From: an uncultured delta proteobacterium
GTDB taxonomy: Bacteria; Desulfobacterota; Binatia; UBA9968
DNA: 64,000 bases
Reading direction: 5' to 3'
Assembly: GCA_963727625.1 (NCBI GenBank)
Contig: CAVSHR010000002.1
Coordinates: forward strand, 608,001-672,000
A model generated the notes under the pieces. It was not told the DNA's origin and did no database searches. It worked only from the letters and a program-made list of their open reading frames with translations. A program made the position numbers and the translations under genes. Positions 57,221 to 64,000 of this stretch are shown here, in pieces (within the stretch, counting starts at the first letter, position 1; each line of letters starts with the position of its first letter).

Positions 57221-60019
57221 CTAGCGGATTTTGAAATTCGGGTCGCTCTCAGCGCCCCGGCGCGGTTTCCACTGTAACGAATAGTAATCGCCTCGGTCGC
57301 GGGCCCATGGATCGAAAACGTTGATCACCGGATCGAGCTCTGATTTCAATTGTGGAATCGTTCTCAGCAACACGCGCTTTAGCGGGGATACGTCAATTCC
57401 ATGCCCGTTCGCTTTAAAGCGCTCCTTGATCCTTCCATCCGGACCGTTTTCGTTTACCCACCGGACTCCGAGGTGAGAATAAAATTCGGGGCGAAAGCTC
57501 GAGGTCAGAAAGCGATCGCTAAACAGCCGGCGCGAGGCGTTCAAAATAAAAACCTGCAACTGGGTTTCGGAAATCGCAAAGCCGTGCGGGCGCACCGGCT
57601 CGGCGAGCCAACCTACCATCGCGTCGAGATCCTCGATGTTGTCGACCAACGTACCGTCGGGATGCCCGAGACAGTCGTTGATCGGCGATCCGTCCGAATT
57701 CTTCTGCGCGTCTGTGATGATCTTTCGCGCGGTGCATTTGTGCCGTCCATAGATTTCGCGCAGCAGCGCGACTCGCTTCTGCTGTTCGGCGTGTTCGGCC
57801 CTATCGCGCGGCAGCGACGGGTCGATGAAATCATCGAAGCTGGTCAATTGCCGCAGTCCATACTGGCGGCGAAATTCGTTATAACGCGGAATGCCGCGTT
57901 CCCTATCGCGGAGAATATCCAGCGCCAGGACATCGATTTTGCCGCTGGCGCTCTTCAGCCGGGGCAGCTCCAGGTTTTGCAGGAACAAAGGATGGTTTTG
58001 CAAGGTCAGTGCGCCGACGCGCTGGCGTCCCATCGATAGCGCCCAATCGGCGATGCCGTAGCGGCGCATCGCCTGGGTCGCTTTGCCGAGCACCGTGTCG
58101 GCTACCGGAATTTTTAGCTTGATCGCGTTGGGGTTATCCTTAAGCTCACGCAACTCGATCAAATCCGGCACCATCGGATGGAGCCGATAAGCGTTGATGA
58201 ATTCTTCGGGAAAATTGAACGGCGAGCCGAAATGATTGACGCCGGCCATAATGTCGGCCTTCTTGCTGCCGAGACCAAAGATTCCCGGGCCGGCGGCGAA
58301 CGCCGAATACCACTCGGTCGACCGTTTGCCGCTCGCTGAATCTGCAAAGTTTTGCACGACTTTTTCCAGGGCTGCGCTGGCCAGTGGAAAGTCTTGCAGC
58401 AGACCCGACCAGTTGGCGTTCATCGCCAGGTAGAGCGGCTCGTCGTAAAGCATCTGCGGCGTCCACTCGATGGTATGAATCTTGGCGATCTCGGCGGCGA
58501 CGACCAGGCGCGCGACTTCAAATAATTCATCGGCGCTGACGTCTTTGTAGCGGATTATCCGGTCCGGGGTCTCGGGGTTGCGCAGTCCGGAGTCTTGCTC
58601 CGGTTCGAGGGTGGCCCGCCGGCGAAAAGCCTCGACGAATAAATTATGCTCGCGGGCAAAGACGTTGTGAAAGAAGCTCAGACCGATATTCCAGTTGTCC
58701 GGAAAAGCCACGGCTTCCTGGCCAGCCCATTGAGGATTTTGCGGATCGGACGGGGTTAAGATCGGCAGATAGCCCGGATTCTTATGGGCTCCCAAGCTCG
58801 CTTCAAGCAGCAGCTTCGCCGGATCGCGCGGATCGCGCTTGACCCGGTGCCGGGAAGTTTCGTTGTAGCCGTAGATCTGCGATGCGTCCCACCACGCAGT
58901 GACTTTATTCAGGGTCGTTTTTGGCGCCCGCGAAAGGTAACGCTTGTCCCCGACGGTGAAGGTCGGCGGAGAGGAATCCTCGGCAATGAGGGTGCGATCG
59001 ATTCTATCCTCCGGCCGGCAGCCAAGCTGTTTGATTGTCTCTGAGATCAAAGGGGTTGCGCCGCCATTCGTGTTATGGGTGCCGCAACCGGTGGCGATCA
59101 TCGCCGCGGCGTTATGTCCTTCGTCGAGATGGGAGAACCAGTCATGGGTCATGAACTGAATCCAAAAGGCCGCCAGGACGTTGATGTGTGCGGCCTGGTG
59201 ATAGTCGCAGTGCGCTTGCGTTGACAAGTTCGGCAGACCACGGCCATTGCGGCATTTTTCCGGCGCGCTTTGCCGGCGCGTGAAAAGTTTCCGGCTGATC
59301 ACTTGCGGGTCGGGGGTCAAAAGCCCGATGCGGCCGGCGTGGCGATTTCTCGCCAAATCGTTCAACTCGAGATCGGGAAACGCGGCTTCGAAACCGACAT
59401 TGCGCGCGAAGGGTTGATCGGTCGCGCCCATCAGCGGATTGAAGATGTCGTTGCAAATTCCAGTGAGCGTGCGGAAACGAATCAATTCGCCGCGGCAACG
59501 CTGTGGACCGTCACCGCCGACCCTTTGATAAAACGGGTGGTTTGCCGGCAGTCTAAACTGCGGCCAGACTCTGGTAACTTTGCCGGAACCATCCATAAGG
59601 TCGCGCTGGTATTTCTCGAAGGTGCCCGAGTTGTCGAACAAATTGAATTTGAGCAGCTCGATGCGTTGGTACTCGAGGTCGAGGAGGGCGCCGTCGATAC
59701 CGCGCCGATTGGGGCTTAAAAATCCCAATGCGCCGGCAACGCCGCCAACTTTGCTTTCGGCGCCCGCCGCGCCCCAATAGCGCCGCCAATCGAGCCACGG
59801 CGCGGCCCGCCATTTCGCAGCTGCTTCGCCGCCGCGGCAGCGCGCCGTGTCCTGCTGCACTTTGCCCAGGAACCGGTCGGCTCGAGCGATCGCGACTTCG
59901 CGAAATCCGCCGCTGTAATAAACCATGCAACTGCCCAAGTCGGTGGGTTTAATGATTTGAAAACCAGCGAGAAGTAAAAGGACGACGCCAAGAAACGAAA
60001 ATGACAGCTTTTTTTTCAT
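57221..60019 (-). CDS. Exported heme peroxidase-cyclooxygenase superfamily enzyme (alpha-dioxygenase-like)
   Basis: Signal/anchor MKKKLSFSFLGVVLLLL; WIQFMTHDW, WWDASQIYG, FAREHN, AKIHTIEWTP, EEFINAYRLHP, RDRERGIPRYNEFRR, ASRRLFSDRF. Confidence 0.87.
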   Translation of the reverse strand: MKKKLSFSFLGVVLLLLAGFQIIKPTDLGSCMVYYSGGFREVAIARADRFLGKVQQDTARCRGGEAAAKWRAAPWLDWRRYWGAAGAESKVGGVAGALGFLSPNRRGIDGALLDLEYQRIELLKFNLFDNSGTFEKYQRDLMDGSGKVTRVWPQFRLPANHPFYQRVGGDGPQRCRGELIRFRTLTGICNDIFNPLMGATDQPFARNVGFEAAFPDLELNDLARNRHAGRIGLLTPDPQVISRKLFTRRQSAPEKCRNGRGLPNLSTQAHCDYHQAAHINVLAAFWIQFMTHDWFSHLDEGHNAAAMIATGCGTHNTNGGATPLISETIKQLGCRPEDRIDRTLIAEDSSPPTFTVGDKRYLSRAPKTTLNKVTAWWDASQIYGYNETSRHRVKRDPRDPAKLLLEASLGAHKNPGYLPILTPSDPQNPQWAGQEAVAFPDNWNIGLSFFHNVFAREHNLFVEAFRRRATLEPEQDSGLRNPETPDRIIRYKDVSADELFEVARLVVAAEIAKIHTIEWTPQMLYDEPLYLAMNANWSGLLQDFPLASAALEKVVQNFADSASGKRSTEWYSAFAAGPGIFGLGSKKADIMAGVNHFGSPFNFPEEFINAYRLHPMVPDLIELRELKDNPNAIKLKIPVADTVLGKATQAMRRYGIADWALSMGRQRVGALTLQNHPLFLQNLELPRLKSASGKIDVLALDILRDRERGIPRYNEFRRQYGLRQLTSFDDFIDPSLPRDRAEHAEQQKRVALLREIYGRHKCTARKIITDAQKNSDGSPINDCLGHPDGTLVDNIEDLDAMVGWLAEPVRPHGFAISETQLQVFILNASRRLFSDRFLTSSFRPEFYSHLGVRWVNENGPDGRIKERFKANGHGIDVSPLKRVLLRTIPQLKSELDPVINVFDPWARDRGDYYSLQWKPRRGAESDPNFKIR

Positions 60020-60239
60020 CCGACTACCGCGCGAGCATGCGCCGACACGCCGTCGGCCCAAAGAGAGGTTAAACAAACCTGGACCGTGCTGTCAATTTAT
60101 TGTCGGCGATTTTGCGTCCAGTTGCCCTTTGGTAATGAAGCCGATATAGCTCGAAGCACACTCCACAAATGCAGTCTGGCGATTGTATCTTTACCGCCGA
60201 TCTTTTCGCCGATCCCCGGATAGCCCTAAGGAATAATAG

Positions 60240-61118
60240 ATGAATTCTATTCCGGCCGAAGCTTTTGCCCTGGTCAACGCTTTTCTCTTCGCGTTGCACA
60301 ACATGTTCACCAAGAAGGCGCTGCGCACCTCTAATCCCGCCACCGCGGTGATCAGCAGTCTGTTGATCAACATTATTTTTCTCTGGAGCGTGTCGGTCCT
60401 GATCGTGCCGCTGAAATCGCTCACCGATCCCGCGATCTTGATCTTCGTCGGCGTCGGCTTTTTCCAGCCGGGCTTGACCCGCCTGCTCAGTTACAAAGGC
60501 ATCGACGCGCTCGGCGTGGCGATCACCGATCCAATCCGTGCCACCACGCCTCTGTTCAGCGCCGCCATGGCGATCATTTTCCTCGGCGAAAAAATCACTA
60601 TGCCGATCATTGTCGCCACGCTGATGATCATTGCCGGGATTACTCTCTTATCCTGGCGCAGCGGTTCGTTGAAGCTCACCGGCTCGGCCGTCTATCTCTG
60701 GTATCCGATCGCCGCCTCGGCGCTCGCCGGCGCCACGCAAGTCGTGCGCAAGTTCGGCATGGCCGCCGTGCCACACCCGTTCCTTGCTGCCGCCGTGACG
60801 GCTTCATCGTCCTTTGTCGTGTCGATCGTGACGCTTTGGTACGTGGAGAAGAGTCAGGAAACCTGGAAGATGAACCGGCAGTGCTTCTGGTGGTTCCTCG
60901 CCGCCGGCATAACCATCAGTTTGGGCATGACTTGCATCTACTACGCCCTCGATCTCGGCAAAGTCTCGGTGGTGATACCGATCAGCAGTACCGGCCCATT
61001 TTTTTCACTGATCCTGGCGGCGCTCTTCTTGCGCGATGTCGAACGCGTGACGTTGAGGATCGTCATCAGCGCGGCGATGATCGTCGGCGGGGTGGTGCTG
61101 TTGACCTTGTGGAAGTAG
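60240..61118 (+). CDS. DMT/EamA family transporter
   Basis: Two EamA repeats (FLGEKIT, FLRDVERVT), ~10 TM. Confidence 0.88.
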   Translation: MNSIPAEAFALVNAFLFALHNMFTKKALRTSNPATAVISSLLINIIFLWSVSVLIVPLKSLTDPAILIFVGVGFFQPGLTRLLSYKGIDALGVAITDPIRATTPLFSAAMAIIFLGEKITMPIIVATLMIIAGITLLSWRSGSLKLTGSAVYLWYPIAASALAGATQVVRKFGMAAVPHPFLAAAVTASSSFVVSIVTLWYVEKSQETWKMNRQCFWWFLAAGITISLGMTCIYYALDLGKVSVVIPISSTGPFFSLILAALFLRDVERVTLRIVISAAMIVGGVVLLTLWK

Positions 61119-61223
61119 GGACCGCGAACGAATCTCGAAAAGAATTCCGAGAGCGACCTTCTTCCTTTCCAAAGGAAAAAAAACACGATATGAGGGAGCG
61201 AGGAAATTTCACGAGGTCATGTG

Positions 61224-63551
61224 ATGGCGAACTATTCGGTGGTAGGAGAATCGGTTTATCGGACGGACGCCAATCCGAAGGTAACCGGACGGGCGCTGCA
61301 TGTCGGCAATATCGAGATGCCCGGCATGTTGCACGTCGCCGTGCTTCGAAGCCCGTATCCGCATGCCCGGATTACCCGGATCGAGAAATCGAAGGCGGAG
61401 GCGCTGGACGGCGTGGCGGTTGTTTTGACCGGCGCGGAGATTGCCAAGATGCCGGGCGTCGACCCGCACTTCGGTCCGGCGTTTCGCGACCAGCCGATCC
61501 TGGCGGTGGAGCGAGTCTGCTACATCGGCGATTCGGTCGTGGCCGTGGCGGCGGTGGACAAGCGGACGGCGGAAGATGCCTTGCAGCTTGTCGAAGTCGA
61601 TTACGAGCCGCTGCCCGCAGCGCATGATGTGTTGGAAGCGGTAAAACCGGGGTCGCCGCTCGTGCATGAACAACACCGGCCGGCCAAGGCTTTCGCCGAT
61701 CTCGCGCATATGAAAGCCGGTCAGCAATCGAACATTTGCTACCACTTCAAGCTCCGCACCGGCGACGTGGAGAAAGCTTTCGCTGAAGCAGACAGCATAT
61801 TCGAAGACATGTTCAGCTCGCCGCCAGCGCAGCATATGCCGATGGAAGCGCATGTGACGCTGGCCTATCTGGACGAACACGAGCGTTTGAATATCTGGAC
61901 GGCCAGTCAATCGCCGTCTTATGTCCGGACCGAAATTTCCGCGACCTTCGGCATTCCGATGAACCGAATTCGCGTGCGCGTGCCCTATCTTGGCGGCGGC
62001 TACGGCGCCAAGCTCTACGCCAAGCTGGAACCCCTGGTCACCATTCTCGCGTTGATCAGCAAAAGGCCGGTGCGCTATGCGCTGACGCGCGAGGAAGAAT
62101 TTCTCACGATCACCAAGCACAAAGTTGTCACGAAGATCAAAACCGCGATCAAAGACGGGGCGATGACGGCGCGCAAATGCGAAGTTTTCTGGGACACCGG
62201 CGCTTACGCTGAGATCGGCCCGCGCATCGGCCATAAGTCCGGATACACGTCGGCGGGGCCCTATCGCATTCCCAACGTCTGGATCGATTCCTACTGCGTG
62301 TATACCAACAAAGTGCCGGCGGGCGCGTTTCGCGGTTTCGGCGTGCCCCAGGTCATCTGGGCTTATGATTCACAGACCGACATAATCGCGCGGGCTCTCG
62401 GCGCCGACCCCGTGGAGTTTCGCTTGCAGCCGGCGTTGGAAGAGGGCGAGCGTTTCGCCACCGGGACGGTCGTACACTCCTTCGGTGTTAAAGAAGCAAT
62501 CCGACAGGCGGTGCAAGCGATCGAGTGGTCAAAGCCGAAAGCGGCGCAAAGCGGAACCAAGCTGATCGGCAAAGGCATCGCGGCGGGTGTCAAGGCGGTG
62601 CTGACGCCCTCGATCTCCGGCGCCATCGTGATTCTCAACGCCGACGGCAGCGCGAACGTGCTGAGCAGCACGGTGGAGATGGGGCAGGGATCGGAGACGA
62701 CGATGGGGCAGATCGTCGCCGAAGAGTTGGGCATCGGGCCGGACCGTGTTCACATTGTCCAGCCGGATACCGACGTCACGCCTTACGACACCATTACCGC
62801 CGGCAGCCGCTCGACTTACCACATGGGTAACGCGGTGCGCATGGCGGCGGGCAAGATCAAGGCGGAGTTGCGCGAAGTCGTAGCCGCCAAGCTCGAGGTC
62901 GATCCCGTGGATCTGATCGCGCGTAACGGCCGTATCGTCGTACGCGGCATGGAAGAGCGGGGTATGACCATCGGAGAAATATTCTTGGCCAAGTTCGGCA
63001 GTCTCGGCACGACGCTCGCCGCCGAAGCGGTTTGCCAACCGACCGCGGCGCATATGGATCCAGAAACCGGCCAGTCGGAAAAGTGCACGGAGTATTGGTT
63101 CCCTTCGGCCACGGCGGCGGAAGTGGAAGTCGACACGGAAACCGGTCAGGTGAAAGTTTTGCAGCTCATTAGCGTCGGCGACACCGGCACGGCGATCAAT
63201 CCGCGCCACTGCGAGCAGCAGTTGCAAGGCGCCGCGATCATGCATCTGGGACTCACGATGTTCGAAGAAATGATCTTCGACGAAGGCCAGCTCGTCAACG
63301 GTTCGCTGCTCGACTATCAGGTCGCGTCATTCAAGGACATGCCCGAATCGGTTCGATCCATCGTCGTCCAGGTGCCGCACGACGATGGCCCCTTCGGCGC
63401 CAAAGGGGCAGGGGAGACCGGCGCGTTAACCGTGGCGCCGGCGATTGCCAATGCGATTCACGACGCCGTCGGCGTGCGGATTTATGATTTGCCGATCACG
63501 CCGGAAAAGGTTTTGCGGGCGCTTGTTGATAAAGGCGAAACTGCCGCCTAG
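61224..63551 (+). CDS. Xanthine dehydrogenase family molybdopterin-binding subunit
   Basis: KVTGRA, RSPYPHA, GGGYGAK, AFRGFGVPQ, EMGQG, AGSRST, GAKGAGE. Confidence 0.92.
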   Translation: MANYSVVGESVYRTDANPKVTGRALHVGNIEMPGMLHVAVLRSPYPHARITRIEKSKAEALDGVAVVLTGAEIAKMPGVDPHFGPAFRDQPILAVERVCYIGDSVVAVAAVDKRTAEDALQLVEVDYEPLPAAHDVLEAVKPGSPLVHEQHRPAKAFADLAHMKAGQQSNICYHFKLRTGDVEKAFAEADSIFEDMFSSPPAQHMPMEAHVTLAYLDEHERLNIWTASQSPSYVRTEISATFGIPMNRIRVRVPYLGGGYGAKLYAKLEPLVTILALISKRPVRYALTREEEFLTITKHKVVTKIKTAIKDGAMTARKCEVFWDTGAYAEIGPRIGHKSGYTSAGPYRIPNVWIDSYCVYTNKVPAGAFRGFGVPQVIWAYDSQTDIIARALGADPVEFRLQPALEEGERFATGTVVHSFGVKEAIRQAVQAIEWSKPKAAQSGTKLIGKGIAAGVKAVLTPSISGAIVILNADGSANVLSSTVEMGQGSETTMGQIVAEELGIGPDRVHIVQPDTDVTPYDTITAGSRSTYHMGNAVRMAAGKIKAELREVVAAKLEVDPVDLIARNGRIVVRGMEERGMTIGEIFLAKFGSLGTTLAAEAVCQPTAAHMDPETGQSEKCTEYWFPSATAAEVEVDTETGQVKVLQLISVGDTGTAINPRHCEQQLQGAAIMHLGLTMFEEMIFDEGQLVNGSLLDYQVASFKDMPESVRSIVVQVPHDDGPFGAKGAGETGALTVAPAIANAIHDAVGVRIYDLPITPEKVLRALVDKGETAA

Positions 63552-63635
63552 CCGCGCATCCAACGATTCAATGATCCGGTCAATGGAAATTCCTTGATTC
63601 GGTTCGCCCGGGACCGGCAGTGGCAATACAAAAGC

Positions 63636-63663
63636 AGATCCTTCGCTTACGCTCAGGATGACA
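63636..63663 (+). repeat. AGATCCTTCG...CTCAGGATGACA-type short intergenic repeat element
   Basis: agatccttcgcttacgctcaggatgaca between convergent genes; resembles a widespread small palindromic element, recognised from memory only. Confidence 0.5.
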
Positions 63664-63733
63664 TTCAACGCAATAGAAGTCTCGAACGGCCGATGGCCGT
63701 CTGCGAATTGTTTCAGCGGTAATTAGCTGCAAA

Positions 63734-64000
63734 TCAAATCGCGGCCGGGTGATCGAGCTCGAAGCCGAGGTCCTCGATCATGCGGTGCGCGTCGGAGGCC
63801 TCCTGCCCGGGCGTTGTCAGGTAGCCGTTGACAAAGATTGAGTTTGCCGGATAGAGCGCGAGCGGCTGCAACGAGCGCAGGTTCACTTCTCTGCCGCCGG
63901 CGACGCGAATCTCTTTGGTTGGATTGACGAAGCGGAACAGGCAGAGTGTTTTTAAACAGCGCTGCGGTGTGAGCTCCCGTCTTTCTGCAAAGGGAGTCTT
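63734..64000 (-). CDS. bioB: Biotin synthase, C-terminal part (runs off window end)
   Basis: Manual translation: TPFAE...[51 protein letters not shown]...MIEDLGF. Confidence 0.9.
   Translation of the reverse strand, partial: KTPFAERRELTPQRCLKTLCLFRFVNPTKEIRVAGGREVNLRSLQPLALYPANSIFVNGYLTTPGQEASDAHRMIEDLGFELDHPAAI

Overview
GC-rich bacterial chromosomal window with about 53 protein-coding genes. I saw no rRNA, tRNA, CRISPR array or transposase. The gene mix (orphan NMT1/SsuA-type binding proteins, amidohydrolases, UbiD, multi-GAF kinase, short-period intergenic palindromes) resembles Candidatus Binatia / deltaproteobacteria-like genomes; this is inference only. Highlights: (1) a probable selenoprotein, a rhodanese domain with a C-x4-U motif (in-frame UGA at 22744 plus a SECIS-like hairpin) fused to a 2-TM GYG potassium-channel pore; (2) an ~11 kb oxidative cluster of three di-heme RoxA/MauG-like cytochromes c, a GMC oxidoreductase and an exported alpha-dioxygenase-like heme peroxidase; (3) a cytoplasmic reductive-dehalogenase-like operon with an Fe-S-less paralog, a ferredoxin and a GlcG/HbpS protein; (4) an unannotated Trp leader peptide (WWCW) and complete attenuator ahead of trpE-trpG, followed by a free-standing archaeal-type ThrRS editing domain; (5) an archaeal-type (class II) GAPDH; (6) a stand-alone, diverged NRPS A-T didomain facing an LLM oxidoreductase; (7) several families of 7- and 9-bp-period intergenic palindromes. 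Three genes carry single-base lesions that may be real or assembly errors. All calls come from motif reading; no database searches were run.
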